A stretch of DNA of 44,579 nt from a virus (Duplodnaviria > Caudoviricetes): the IMG/VR virus record IMGVR_UViG_3300017649_000200, positions 1 to 44,579 of that record; one strand, given 5' to 3'. This document shows positions 17,197 to 26,907 of the stretch, one piece after another (positions within the stretch are counted from its first letter, which is position 1; the number at the start of each line of letters is the position of its first letter). The notes under the pieces were generated by a model, which was not told the DNA's origin, ran no database searches, and saw nothing but the letters and a program-made list of their open reading frames with translations. The position numbers and the translations under genes are program-made.

Positions 17197-17597
17197 TACG
17201 GCTCCTGTTCCGTAGAGGGCGGCGAACTCGATGAAGGTGCGCTCGTCGCCGCTTCGGGCGCTTCCTCTTTTCCCGGCTGGCCCTCCTGATCGGTGCCATG
17301 GAGAGCAGCGCCGAGCACCAGCATGGCCGGGGCCTGGGCTTCGACCAGCGGGCGGGCGTCCACGTAGCGCTGGACCAAGCGCAGGGCCTGGGCTGGCTCC
17401 ATGCCGCCGCCGATCAGGCCGAGGCGCATGACCTCGCGGGCGTCATCGACCATCCACGATCCGTCCATGAGCCGGTGCAGGAGACGCAGAGGGCCGACGC
17501 CCGTCTTCTCCTGCAACTCCCGCAATTGGCCGATCGGCAGGCGGAAGGTGTGGTGACCATCCGCCCAATCGAAATCAATCGAAGCGTCCCGAGACAT
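17196..17597 (-). CDS. Tail assembly chaperone (GTA gp10-like, lambda G equivalent)
   Basis: WADG.H.FRLPIGQLRELQEKTG..P, RLGLIGGGM; start ATG 17597. Confidence 0.8.
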   Translation of the reverse strand: MSRDASIDFDWADGHHTFRLPIGQLRELQEKTGVGPLRLLHRLMDGSWMVDDAREVMRLGLIGGGMEPAQALRLVQRYVDARPLVEAQAPAMLVLGAALHGTDQEGQPGKEEAPEAATSAPSSSSPPSTEQEP

Positions 17598-18055
17598 TAG
17601 GCAGCCGCCACGTCGGAGCGGAGGAGCTCGCCGTCGCCCGTCACGGTAACACTGACCTGCCACTTCTCGCCGCGGGTGCCTGTGATCGAGTGATTGATGT
17701 GGGCACGGCCGGCATATCGCTTGTTCGGTGTACCAGCGGCAGCACCAGCCCCGGCCAAGTCAAGACGGACATTGGACGCGGCCGAGGAGAACGTCGCGTC
17801 CTCAAGAAGCGGAAGAGCTTCCTTGGCGAGCACGCCCGAGAAGGTCATTGACCACGCCAATGCAACAACATCCCTCTCTGTCCAAGAGGCATTGTCCGGC
17901 GAGTCGCAGTCTGGAACCGTCGTATCGTTCGTTTCCTTGTCGATGGTGAGCTCCATCTCCGTGAAGCCGCAGATCTTCGAGAAGACCTCGGTCTCCGCGC
18001 CATCGCCAATGTAGAATGCGCCCGCGCCAAAGCGGAGCGTCTGGGGAGCAGCCAT
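17597..18055 (-). CDS. Major tail tube protein
   Basis: IGDGAETEVFSKICG, VPDCD.PD, W.VSVTVTGDGE. Confidence 0.85.
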   Translation of the reverse strand: MAAPQTLRFGAGAFYIGDGAETEVFSKICGFTEMELTIDKETNDTTVPDCDSPDNASWTERDVVALAWSMTFSGVLAKEALPLLEDATFSSAASNVRLDLAGAGAAAGTPNKRYAGRAHINHSITGTRGEKWQVSVTVTGDGELLRSDVAAA

Positions 18056-18098
18056 AGTATCGCCCTCAGTTGAATTGCTTCCGACCGGGAAGCGCGGG

Positions 18099-18494
18099 TT
18101 AAAGCGGGTCGATCAACGCCCGGAAGGTAAGGACAGCGTGTGAGGTGATCCCGTCCGGATCATCCATCGTGCGGGTGTCCTGATGTTCATGCTCCACGAC
18201 ATGGAAACCGGCGAGTTCAGGAAGCCATCCGTGCAGAGCCGTGCGGGCTGATGCCGCAAGCCTGCGGGCCTCCACTTGCCCGACAGCCCGCGACCAGATG
18301 TGCAAGGTCACATAGACCTCGGTCGCGTCTAGGCAGTCGGCGCCGTCCGAGATCGTCTGAATGTCCCCAACGTTGAAATATGGGAAAGTCGCCGCTGCCG
18401 GGATGCTGTCATAGACGCGCCCCCCGACTTCAGAGATCTCCGACTTGAGCCGCGCCACATAGGCCCCCTGCATCGGCAAGGAAGGATCGCTCAT
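18099..18494 (-). CDS. Tail completion/terminator protein (DUF3168)
   Basis: GRVYD..P...FPY, HIWSR..G, DPDGITSHAVL. Confidence 0.85.
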   Translation of the reverse strand: MSDPSLPMQGAYVARLKSEISEVGGRVYDSIPAAATFPYFNVGDIQTISDGADCLDATEVYVTLHIWSRAVGQVEARRLAASARTALHGWLPELAGFHVVEHEHQDTRTMDDPDGITSHAVLTFRALIDPL

Positions 18495-18997
18495 TGACCG
18501 GCTGCCTTCTTGATTGACTTCGTGGTTGCTCGGCTGATGCGGGACTTCACGCGCTTGCGGGTCGCTCGCCAGCCGGGAAAGAAGAAGGGTTGCGGCGTGG
18601 CGCCGGGATGGTTCACGCTGGTGAGCAAGCGCCCGTAGACGTTCAGGAGCCCACCGGGACGCTTCGGGCGGATCTCGTGGGCGGAAGTGCCGAACTCCAC
18701 AAAGGCCGCATAGAACGCCTTGGCATCGCCTGCGTGGATGGTGACGGTCAGATCATTGTCCCCGCCGCCGCTGCTTGCCGTCATGCCGCGGACGTTGGAA
18801 TTTTCCGGCCGGTAGGTGCCGAAGGTGTAGCCGATGCTATCCCGCAGATCGCCGCTCTTTCGTGGCGCGAGGCGCTTTTGCATCGCCGTGACTTCCTCGG
18901 CTCCTTGCCTGAGAGCGTCGTGGATTGCTTCCCGAGGCGCTCCCTGGATTTTCGCTAGCCGCTTCACGAGCCTGTCGCGGTTCTGAACCTTCGTCAT
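18491..18997 (-). CDS. HK97 gp10-like neck protein
   Basis: APRKSGDLRDSI, YAAFVEFGT, PQPFFFP. Confidence 0.85.
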   Translation of the reverse strand: MTKVQNRDRLVKRLAKIQGAPREAIHDALRQGAEEVTAMQKRLAPRKSGDLRDSIGYTFGTYRPENSNVRGMTASSGGGDNDLTVTIHAGDAKAFYAAFVEFGTSAHEIRPKRPGGLLNVYGRLLTSVNHPGATPQPFFFPGWRATRKRVKSRISRATTKSIKKAAGQ

Positions 18998-19136
18998 AGG
19001 TCGCAGCTCCTGCCTCTACAGCCGCCTTGGCGTGCGCTGTGGTGATGAGAATGCCAGCCTGCCCTTTCTTGTTGGCGAGGATCACGCCAGGGGCGGCCCT
19101 GAAATCGAAGTCGCGCTTGAACGTGACGCGGGGCAT
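18837..19136 (-). CDS. Small hypothetical head-tail region protein
   Basis: Start coupled to the upstream stop (TGATG); C-terminal tail overlaps gp10. Confidence 0.5.
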   Translation of the reverse strand: MPRVTFKRDFDFRAAPGVILANKKGQAGILITTAHAKAAVEAGAATYDEGSEPRQAREAASENPGSASGSNPRRSQARSRGSHGDAKAPRATKERRSAG

Positions 19137-19486
19137 CAGCTTGCTCCTCCAAGGGTGCAGGACAGGAGGCGGAACTGCCTCCGATACTCTTCCGGGTCTG
19201 TGACGGAGAGGATGGCGAAGACGCGGGACGGGTCTCTTGCGTCAATGGCTCGCCACTCGGTCTGAATTTGTGCCGTCTGCTCAGACCACCTCACCCACAC
19301 ATCGACAGGGTTGATGCCTTGCAGGCGTTGAGCGGTGACGGTCTCTCGGCCAGGGGATGCGGTCACACGAGCGGAGACGGTGAACTTGTCCTCCCAAGGG
19401 CCGGAGACCTCGTTCCCATAGCCGTCGTCAATTTTGCTGCGTGCCTGAAACGTCACGCGGTCGCGGAGTTGGCCAGTAGAGGGCAT
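19136..19486 (-). CDS. Head closure / head-tail adaptor protein
   Basis: GQLRDRVTFQ...DDGYGN. Confidence 0.85.
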   Translation of the reverse strand: MPSTGQLRDRVTFQARSKIDDGYGNEVSGPWEDKFTVSARVTASPGRETVTAQRLQGINPVDVWVRWSEQTAQIQTEWRAIDARDPSRVFAILSVTDPEEYRRQFRLLSCTLGGAS

Positions 19487-20067
19487 CAGATCCTCCGCAC
19501 GCGATAAGGCGCTAGAAGAGCATCAATAGCGGGCTCAGCCACGCTATCCCCGCGGATTTTCTCGCCCCGATTGGCGTAGAGATCCCCAATCATGAGCAGC
19601 ATGGCATGTTTGATGGGAGCCGGAACGGCAGCTGCATCCCCATAGCCTGCAACGAAGGTCACGCGCACGGCGTCAGCGCGGTTATAGAGCCCAGGCCAAA
19701 GGGCACCGCCGCTGAACAAGATGACCGGGCCGAAGCTATTGATGTGCAGGCTGTAGGCGCTCGTGGCGAGTGTCTGATCGGCGTTAAGGGCATCCCAGTA
19801 ATTGATGGCTGAGATCGCTTGGACCGGAAGCAGAGGTAAGCGGAGTTCCCTATCACCCGGGAAGCGCCTCAGATCCATGCGCCAAGTCTGAGTGACGAGC
19901 GCCCGCCCAAGAATGCCGCTATAGCCGTCCAGATGGTCAGTCACGACTTGGATAAGCGCCCTCAGATAGGTGTCATCATCGGTATGCTCTACCTTCAGAT
20001 GAGCCTTCACCTCGTCCAGAGAGACAGGCGTTTCAGCAGGCGGCATGACACGGACAGGTGCGAGCAT
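19486..20067 (-). CDS. Head-tail connector protein (gp6-like)
   Basis: PVSLDEVKAHLKV, VPAPIKHAMLLMIGDLYANR, LLAPYRV. Confidence 0.9.
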   Translation of the reverse strand: MLAPVRVMPPAETPVSLDEVKAHLKVEHTDDDTYLRALIQVVTDHLDGYSGILGRALVTQTWRMDLRRFPGDRELRLPLLPVQAISAINYWDALNADQTLATSAYSLHINSFGPVILFSGGALWPGLYNRADAVRVTFVAGYGDAAAVPAPIKHAMLLMIGDLYANRGEKIRGDSVAEPAIDALLAPYRVRRI

Positions 20068-20119
20068 TGATCAAGCCTTGCACGAGGGAGAACCGGGGCA
20101 GTCGCCCGCCCCGGTCTGA

Positions 20120-20362
20120 TTACTTCTGCCTTTTGAGATTACGTTCGACGGCCTCCTGGCCGCTGAGGTTCGGGTCGTTGAAGTCGATCCGGTTCTGCTC
20201 CTCGGTTGTGTTCTCACGAGGATTGTCGTCCACGGCCGGATGCGCCGGGTCGACATCAGGAACAGTCTGGATCGCGGCGCCCGAAGGGGCGAACTCGGTT
20301 GCAGGAGCGACGTTCGCCTTATTCTCTTCGGTCGAGGTCGCGGTCTTTTTCTTCTGAGCCAT
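20120..20362 (-). CDS. Hypothetical protein downstream of capsid
   Basis: GGAG RBS; DPAHPAVDDNPR..T...QNRIDFNDP. Confidence 0.6.
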   Translation of the reverse strand: MAQKKKTATSTEENKANVAPATEFAPSGAAIQTVPDVDPAHPAVDDNPRENTTEEQNRIDFNDPNLSGQEAVERNLKRQK

Positions 20363-20404
20363 ATCTTTCATCTCCTATGGAGCGTGCGAATGATCTTCCC
20401 CTAC

Positions 20405-20430
20405 AAAAAGGGCCGCACGCGGCGGCCCTT
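20405..20430 (-). terminator. Intrinsic terminator after the capsid gene
   Basis: AAGGGCCGC-CGCGT-GCGGCCCTT followed by a T-run. Confidence 0.8.
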
Positions 20431-20453
20431 CTCGCAGTCACTCAGGATGCGGC

Positions 20454-21698
20454 TTAAGCGCCGGTGCCGATCCGCATCAGCTTCATGGAAGCCGGGTTCT
20501 TCACGCCGCCGCCGACACGCTTCGTCGTATAGAAGTGGACAAAGGGCTTGTTGGTGAAGGGGTCGCGAAGGACACGAATGCCCATGCGGTCGATGACGAG
20601 ATAGGTCTCGGCCATGTCACCGTAGGCCAGCGCCAGGTTGCCGGCAGCTGCAGCTGGCATATCCGGCACGTCAACCAGCGGTACGCCCGCCAGCGTGGAC
20701 GGCTCGCCCGCCTGATAGGACGGCTGCCAGAGGTAGTTGCCCTGGCCGTCCTTCAGCTTGCGGATACCCCCGAAGGACAGGCGGTTAGCGAAGAACCGGG
20801 CGTTCCCAGCGTACTCGGACGGGAGCGCATAGATCATGTCGATCAGTGCATCGGAGGTGAAGGCTGCAGCCGCGCCGCTGTTGATGACCTCGATAGCGCC
20901 CCAAGGATGGCGGGCAGCAGCCGTGCCACCGGTGGCGTAGTTCAGGAAGCCGAAGGGCTTGTTGACGCCATCGCCAGATAGGAAAGCGATGCCCTCCTGA
21001 CGAGCGAACTCAGTGTCGACCTCGTTGGCGAGCCACTGTTCAATGTTCACCTCAGAGTCATCGAGAAGCTGCTGAGAGGCGGCCGGATTGGCGTAGATCT
21101 CGCCTGGGGTGAAGTCGAGCTGGCCGAGCTGCGGCGTGGAGGTCTGCGGACGGGCAGCCGTTTCACCGACCCAGCCAGAGCCAACGGCGCGATCGTTGAA
21201 GAGCTTCTTGAAGCCCGCGCCGGAGATGGCCTGCACCGTCGCATAGCGGCGAATGGGTGAAACCAGCTTGAGCTTGTCGGTGATGGTGCGGTCCCACTCC
21301 ATCGGAGCGAGATAGCCGCCATCAGCATCCGAGCCCTTGGTGAGAGCCGCCTGCACGTCACCCTTGCGGAAGTGAGCGTTGAAGGCTTTGGCATACTCGA
21401 CCTGCTCGGGCGTCTGACCGGGCTTGCCGCCGGCACCGAGGCTGGCCGCTGCCAGCTTGGAGTTCATCTCATCGACCGCCGACTGGAGATCGGTGATCGC
21501 GGAGTTGATGCGCTCGACCTTCTCGTTGCGCACAACGTCTTCCTGCCCCTTCTTGAGAGCCTGGACCTGCTCGCTGTGCTCGTCCTTGAAGGCCTTGAAA
21601 GCCGTCTGGAGTTCGGCAATCAGCGCCTTGGGGTCGCCGCTGGTATCGGCGCGCACGGAAATGAGGCCCCGGCGACCGGGGATCAACTGCGTATTCAT
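20454..21698 (-). CDS. Major capsid protein, HK97 family
   Basis: DGGYLAP, WVGETAARPQT, LKDGQGNYLWQP, LRDPFTNKPFVHFYTTKRVGG. Confidence 0.95.
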   Translation of the reverse strand: MNTQLIPGRRGLISVRADTSGDPKALIAELQTAFKAFKDEHSEQVQALKKGQEDVVRNEKVERINSAITDLQSAVDEMNSKLAAASLGAGGKPGQTPEQVEYAKAFNAHFRKGDVQAALTKGSDADGGYLAPMEWDRTITDKLKLVSPIRRYATVQAISGAGFKKLFNDRAVGSGWVGETAARPQTSTPQLGQLDFTPGEIYANPAASQQLLDDSEVNIEQWLANEVDTEFARQEGIAFLSGDGVNKPFGFLNYATGGTAAARHPWGAIEVINSGAAAAFTSDALIDMIYALPSEYAGNARFFANRLSFGGIRKLKDGQGNYLWQPSYQAGEPSTLAGVPLVDVPDMPAAAAGNLALAYGDMAETYLVIDRMGIRVLRDPFTNKPFVHFYTTKRVGGGVKNPASMKLMRIGTGA

Positions 21699-21711
21699 GG
21701 TATAGTGTTCC

Positions 21712-22557
21712 TTACGAACGGAGGGTGTTGATCAACTGACGGATGTCAGCACTCAGGTCGCCAGCTACGGCTTGGCGGTCACCACCAGCTACGGCTTGGT
21801 GGCCGTTTAGCGCCCCGATGAGGCTACGGCGTTCATTCCGGGGCAAACCTTGCCGCGCTAGGGCGGCTTCGACGCGCTGCACGGCGGCTCTGGCCTTCGT
21901 GCCCTTGTCGTCAATCTCTTTGACTTCGGAGGACGGCAGCAGGCTATCCGCAAGGCCGTTCTCGATGGCCTGGGAGCCGTTCATCCACGTTTCGGCGTCC
22001 ATCCACTTGGCGGCCTGCTTCTTGTCCACACCCGCCCGGGCCGCATAGAGCGCAGCCATGGCGTCATCGAAGGGCTCAAGGGTGCTGGCCGCCTCGCGCA
22101 TGTCATGGCGATTGCCGACCGCGACAGCCCAGGCATTATGCACCATCAGGAAGCCGATCTCGGAGATCTGGATTTCGTCGCCGGCCATGGCGATGATCGA
22201 AGCGGCCGAAGCAGCGAGCCCCATCACCTTCACGGTGACCTTGTGCGGGTGCTCGCGCAGGAGGTTGTAAATCGCGATGCCTTCGAAGAAGTCGCCGCCC
22301 GGGGAATTGACGTTCACGACGACATCCTGGCCGCCGATCTTGCGCAGCGCCGCGGCGACCCGCTTGGAGGTCACGCCCTCGCCGGTCCAGAAATCCTCCC
22401 CGATCACGTCGTAGACGGAGATAACATTGTCCTCGCTCTCGACGGCGGCATGAACGCCGGGTTTCCACCGGGCCAGGGCATGATCTGCCGGGACCGGCGA
22501 AAGATCGTCCGATAAACGGTCGAGAGCCTTGATCTCAGGCAGCTTGCGGAGGGTCAT
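21712..22557 (-). CDS. Prohead maturation protease, ClpP type
   Basis: VNSPGGDFFEG, GLAASAAS, LMVHN, ETWM. Confidence 0.92.
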   Translation of the reverse strand: MTLRKLPEIKALDRLSDDLSPVPADHALARWKPGVHAAVESEDNVISVYDVIGEDFWTGEGVTSKRVAAALRKIGGQDVVVNVNSPGGDFFEGIAIYNLLREHPHKVTVKVMGLAASAASIIAMAGDEIQISEIGFLMVHNAWAVAVGNRHDMREAASTLEPFDDAMAALYAARAGVDKKQAAKWMDAETWMNGSQAIENGLADSLLPSSEVKEIDDKGTKARAAVQRVEAALARQGLPRNERRSLIGALNGHQAVAGGDRQAVAGDLSADIRQLINTLRS

Positions 22558-23812
22558 TCTCGCTTCCTTCCGTAGTCCGTGCGGCCATGGCGCTCTGTCC
22601 GAGCTTGTCGCCGTCCGGGTCTTCCTTGAGGTTCATGAGGCCGCGGACCTCGTTGACCTTCATCCATGGGGCATGTCCGCCGGCGCCGAGCGCCTTGGCA
22701 AAGAAGTCGGCCTGATCCTTCATGGATCCGCGCAGCAGGGCGCCCTCGTTGAACTTGGGCTTGTAGGTTTCTTTCTCTTCGCGCTTCAGAAGCGTGCGCC
22801 GGATGGCCTGCTCCCAGGCCACAAACCAAGGGCTGAGCGAATAGCGGACGAAGCCGATGCCGAGTTGTTCAATGCCAGAGCCCCAGCTCGTATCGTCTAC
22901 GCCTAGGAGGGGGCGCGGAACGCCGAAGATGCGGCCGATTTCCTCAATCTGGTGCTTGCGGGTTTCCAGATGCTGCGAGTCCGAAGCGGTAGGGGCAAAA
23001 GGCTTCGGCTCCATACCTTCTTCGGTCACCATCCATCGATGTGCGTTCTCAGCACCCTCGTGGCGCTCCGCAAGGCTGGTCTTAATCCTCTCGTAAGCCT
23101 CTGGCGACAGCTTGTTCGGGTGGACCATCACGCCCCCGACCAGCATACCGTTCTTGAACAACCGCGCCGCGGCAACTTCCGTCTGAATGGCGAGCCCGAT
23201 GGCCTCTGCCGCCTGCTTCACCAGAGACAGGCCGCGAATGCCGTCCATGGACAGCCCGCGAAGGTGGAAAACGTCTTCAGGAGCAAGTTCAACCCGGCTC
23301 CCGTCCGGCCGCTGGTAGCGATAGGACACCGACCAATCGGCATTCTGCACCGGCTCAGTCTTTGTCGGGTCCATCGGCACAAGCCGGATGACCTGACCAC
23401 GCGACCGGATCACCCGAGCGTAAGCGTCCCCGTGCACAAGAGCATTGAGCTGCATGTGACTACGGAAGTCGAAAGCCGTCTGCCAGTTGTTCGGCTCCGC
23501 ATAAAGGAGGTCATACAGCGGGTGATCACTCGCCTTATCGCTGTCGAAGTCGTCACCGCGCAGGAGATGCAGCGGCAGCATGCCGATGGAGTATGAAACC
23601 AAGCTCACGCAACGGAAAACCGTCGTGTTTCGCATAGCTTCAGAGACGCCAACGACGGCACCTGAATGCGTCGAACGCCCCGACCTCAAGAACTCGGCAA
23701 GCGCCGGGTCATCGAGGCTGTAGAACACCGCTCCTTCGGCTCGTGGGCGCATATCTGGCGCCGCCACTGCCTGCGGTTGGTCCTGGCGGCGCCAGAAGTC
23801 GAAAAGGCCCAT
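22535..23812 (-). CDS. Portal protein, HK97 family
   Basis: PN.WQTAFDF, VFHLRGLS.DGIRGLS, EEIGRIFGVP, SWGSGIEQ, NEVR. Confidence 0.95.
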   Translation of the reverse strand: MGLFDFWRRQDQPQAVAAPDMRPRAEGAVFYSLDDPALAEFLRSGRSTHSGAVVGVSEAMRNTTVFRCVSLVSYSIGMLPLHLLRGDDFDSDKASDHPLYDLLYAEPNNWQTAFDFRSHMQLNALVHGDAYARVIRSRGQVIRLVPMDPTKTEPVQNADWSVSYRYQRPDGSRVELAPEDVFHLRGLSMDGIRGLSLVKQAAEAIGLAIQTEVAAARLFKNGMLVGGVMVHPNKLSPEAYERIKTSLAERHEGAENAHRWMVTEEGMEPKPFAPTASDSQHLETRKHQIEEIGRIFGVPRPLLGVDDTSWGSGIEQLGIGFVRYSLSPWFVAWEQAIRRTLLKREEKETYKPKFNEGALLRGSMKDQADFFAKALGAGGHAPWMKVNEVRGLMNLKEDPDGDKLGQSAMAARTTEGSENDPPQAA

Positions 23813-23816
23813 GCCG

Positions 23817-25691
23817 TTACACCATCAGGATACCGCGCGCCTCATAGACGGACGGTGTGTTCACTGGTTTCGCGTTCGATGTCGCCGCGCCGACGGCCAT
23901 TGCCAGAGCCACCGCGCAGTCGATGCGCTGGGTGGCCTTCGCCTTCACGAACCACCGGTTGTCGAGAGGATCCTTGTCGAACGCGACCGACATCAGGGCC
24001 GAGATCAGGACCGGGCTCTTCCGAAGACGGATGCGGCCCTCAAGGATCAGGGTTTCCAGTTCCAAGATCGATCCGGGCATCCAGAGGCCTTGCGGCGGCT
24101 CCTTGCCCTCTCTCTTGGCAGCCTCGATCACCTCTTCCGGTGGCCGCGCTCTGCGCTTGCCGCCTTGGGGGTGCTCGACAAAGTTCACTTCAAGGCCCAA
24201 GGCCTCGCATTCGTCCTCGAACTTGCGGAACGTGTGCCGGTCGTATGCCGCGGCCACCACGTCATACTCAGAAGCCACTTCGGCGAGCCGTGAGGCCACG
24301 AAGTCGAACCGGACCCGCTTGCCCTCCGTCGCCGTAAGCCAGCCCTGCTTCTCCCAGACATCGTAAGGGGCCTTGTCGCGTTTCGCCCGCTCCACAATGC
24401 CCTCCTTCGGCACCCATGCCTCTACCCAGGCGTCAAAAGTCGGCAGAGTCGCGACTGATCCATCTGGTCGCTCGCGTTCAACGGTGCCTGTCTGCACCAT
24501 GAACGCCATCGCCGTCATGTCCTGCGTGGATCCAAGGTCGATACCTGCGCAGACCTCCTTGCCTACATGCTCAGCAGGATCGAAATCCGCGAGAACTGCC
24601 TCAAGAGTCGGGCGCGGCATCCAAGCCATTTCCGAATCCGTCCACTTGCAGAAGTGCAGCCGCAGGATGCCATTGAGCTTCCCCGGCATGGACTTCGCCT
24701 GAGCCACGACATCCGCGAGATATTGCGGCTGCAGGATCACGCCCAGAAGCGGGTTCGCCTTTACCCAGCAGGACGGATCCTCAAGCGGGTCGTCGTCCTT
24801 ATCCAGCGAGCAAACGAACGAGAACGTCGTGTCGTCTATGACCTCGCCCACGAAGGTGAAGTCGTCGTCCGGTGTCTGAGTGCCTGCCGCGACCCGCACT
24901 GCGTGCTCGTGTTCCTCCCAACAGACCGAATTTCGATCCGAACCGGAGTTCGTGATCATCAGCAAGAGCGGCTGGCGCCTGAACTTGAAGCCGCGCTCGA
25001 GCATTTCCATCACTGTGCGGTCTGGGTGCTCGTGTACCTCGTCGCAAAGGGCGAAGTGCGGACGCGGGCCCGAACCTGAACGCCCTGCCTCTCGCGAGAT
25101 GGGCTTGAAGAAGGAACCCGTTTTCAGGTCCGCCAGATTCCAGACCGGGTTCACGCCAGAGGTCGTGATCCTCTTCTTCAGTGGCGGCGACCGGTCGACC
25201 ATGTTCACCGCGTCCTGAAACAGGACTTGCGCCTGCTCTTTGCGAGCTGCGGCGGCATAGATCTGCGCTCCCGGCTCGCTGTCAGCCATCATGCCGTAGA
25301 TGCCGATCCCGGCCGCCAGCGGAGACTTACCGTTCCCCTTCCCTTCCTCGATGTAGGCGCGGCGAAAGCGCCTGGTCCCGTCTTTCCGCTTCCAGCCGAA
25401 CAGCGACCCAATCTTGAAGGCCTGCGACGGATGCAGATGGAACGGCAGCCCGTCGAATTGCCCGTCCTTCAGCCGCAGGACATCCGGAAAGAACTTGATT
25501 GCCCGCTTGGCTGCATCCTGATCCCAGATCAGCCCACGCTTAGGCCCCTCGACCAGATCGAGGAGATGGCGCCGGCAGGCATTCCGAACGTGCGGGCCCG
25601 CGATCACCTTGCCTGAGACGACATCCTCGGCCCAAGCCGTCACCACATCATCCGAAGTAGGCTTCCGCGGGGTCCTCTTCCTGCTCGCCAT
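23817..25691 (-). CDS. terL: Terminase large subunit
   Basis: Walker A KGNGKS, Walker B LCDEVHEH, nuclease GIDLG..D and RIDCAVALAMA. Confidence 0.95.
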   Translation of the reverse strand: MASRKRTPRKPTSDDVVTAWAEDVVSGKVIAGPHVRNACRRHLLDLVEGPKRGLIWDQDAAKRAIKFFPDVLRLKDGQFDGLPFHLHPSQAFKIGSLFGWKRKDGTRRFRRAYIEEGKGNGKSPLAAGIGIYGMMADSEPGAQIYAAAARKEQAQVLFQDAVNMVDRSPPLKKRITTSGVNPVWNLADLKTGSFFKPISREAGRSGSGPRPHFALCDEVHEHPDRTVMEMLERGFKFRRQPLLLMITNSGSDRNSVCWEEHEHAVRVAAGTQTPDDDFTFVGEVIDDTTFSFVCSLDKDDDPLEDPSCWVKANPLLGVILQPQYLADVVAQAKSMPGKLNGILRLHFCKWTDSEMAWMPRPTLEAVLADFDPAEHVGKEVCAGIDLGSTQDMTAMAFMVQTGTVERERPDGSVATLPTFDAWVEAWVPKEGIVERAKRDKAPYDVWEKQGWLTATEGKRVRFDFVASRLAEVASEYDVVAAAYDRHTFRKFEDECEALGLEVNFVEHPQGGKRRARPPEEVIEAAKREGKEPPQGLWMPGSILELETLILEGRIRLRKSPVLISALMSVAFDKDPLDNRWFVKAKATQRIDCAVALAMAVGAATSNAKPVNTPSVYEARGILMV

Positions 25692-26115
25692 CTGCCTTCA
25701 CGCGCGACCTGGCGCTCGGTGTCATGCCGAACTCGGCAAGCCAGCCACGAATGCGCCGATCTGCGTCCTGTTTCTTTGCGAGCGCAGGGTGCGCCCGGTA
25801 CATGGTCGAACCGGATTGGTTCGTCGTCTCGTAATAATCCGACCCGAGTTCCTTCAGGGTCGCAGAGGCCGCCAGGAAATCCGCGTAGGCCTCGCACAGC
25901 ATCTCAAGGGCCAGCGCATCGACCTCAGTCAGGATGCCCATGCGATCGAGGAGACCGGTAACATAGCCCCAGGTCTCGCGGGCCTTGTCGCTCATGTGGC
26001 TCGGAGCCGAAGGCCTCGACCTCTTGGCCTTGGGCTCAGCCGGATTGATGGCCCGTTTGCCGGGATTACCGGTCACCAGCTTGAGGTGCGTCGGCTTGGG
26101 CTTCCTGCCCTTCAT
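25648..26115 (-). CDS. terS: Terminase small subunit, P27 family
   Basis: GRKPKPT.LK...GNPGKR, HPA, EFGMTPSARSR. Confidence 0.92.
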   Translation of the reverse strand: MKGRKPKPTHLKLVTGNPGKRAINPAEPKAKRSRPSAPSHMSDKARETWGYVTGLLDRMGILTEVDALALEMLCEAYADFLAASATLKELGSDYYETTNQSGSTMYRAHPALAKKQDADRRIRGWLAEFGMTPSARSRVKADGEQEEDPAEAYFG

Positions 26116-26119
26116 GACT

Positions 26120-26222
26120 GAAACCAGTTTTTCTTTTCAATTTCGCGGTTGCGCGAGTTTTGGGTGGGGCGCCGGTCCATGGCGGAAAGGCGCTAGAGTT
26201 TCAGATACCCCCCTGGGGTCAC
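26120..26222. other. Putative cos packaging region
   Basis: Non-coding gap upstream of terS with CCCCAGGGGGGTATC...ACCGGCGCCCC...CGCGAAA, as usual in HK97-like phages; the exact cut site is not determinable. Confidence 0.45.
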
Positions 26223-26410
26223 TCAGGCCGGGCGATCTCGAACTCTTGGATGTCTCGATAGTCCTTGTTCACCTCGAACCGGACTGCCTGTGTCTGGTCA
26301 TCGACACATGCAGCAAGTGCCGCTTCCTTGGTGTCATAGACGCCATCGAGTTCCCATGCATCGGGGCTCTGGTGAGGAAGGAGACGGGCAACGACCCAGA
26401 CTTCCTTCAT
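26219..26410 (-). CDS. Hypothetical protein
   Basis: ATGA-coupled to the upstream HNH gene. Confidence 0.55.
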   Translation of the reverse strand: MKEVWVVARLLPHQSPDAWELDGVYDTKEAALAACVDDQTQAVRFEVNKDYRDIQEFEIARPE

Positions 26411-26904
26411 ATCGTGCAGCCCTCGTGATAGGCGCGCTTGGCCGTCAGGTATGCGATCTGTGCTCTCTCGACCGTATCGAACCGACCTAAGTGGACCTTC
26501 TGCCCACTCACTGTGATGTTGGCCTCGTACTTCTTGCGCGAGGGCACATAGGATACGCCAAGCACGCCCGTGCTGTGATTGTTCTTCCTTGCCCGATGTT
26601 CGTTCTGGGCGTTGATCTCGTGCGGCACATCCCGCAGGTTGGTGATGGCGTTGTTCAACCTATTGCCGTCGATATGGTCGATCTGACCCTTTGGCCACTC
26701 GCCATAATGGAGGAGCCATACGAGGCGGTGCAGATAGACCCGACAGCCCGCAAAGACGACGCGAGAGTAGCCATCACCATTGTCGTTGCTGACGGGGCCC
26801 GCTTCTCCACGTGTGCTCTTGACCCTGCGAGAGACGATGCCCGTCATAGGGTCATACGAAAAAACCGCCCGAGCTTGGGCGGCTGTGATGTCTCGATATC
26901 CCAT
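26407..26904 (-). CDS. HNH homing endonuclease with AP2-like domain
   Basis: HRLVW...GEWP..QIDHIDGNRLNN...NLR; HLGRFDT.E.A. Confidence 0.85.
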   Translation of the reverse strand: MGYRDITAAQARAVFSYDPMTGIVSRRVKSTRGEAGPVSNDNGDGYSRVVFAGCRVYLHRLVWLLHYGEWPKGQIDHIDGNRLNNAITNLRDVPHEINAQNEHRARKNNHSTGVLGVSYVPSRKKYEANITVSGQKVHLGRFDTVERAQIAYLTAKRAYHEGCTI

Positions 26905-26907
26905 GGG

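Noticed and set aside
21761-21799. 15-nt direct repeat CCAGCTACGGCTTGG in the protease gene
   Set aside because: In-frame QAVAG duplication in a variable C-terminal linker
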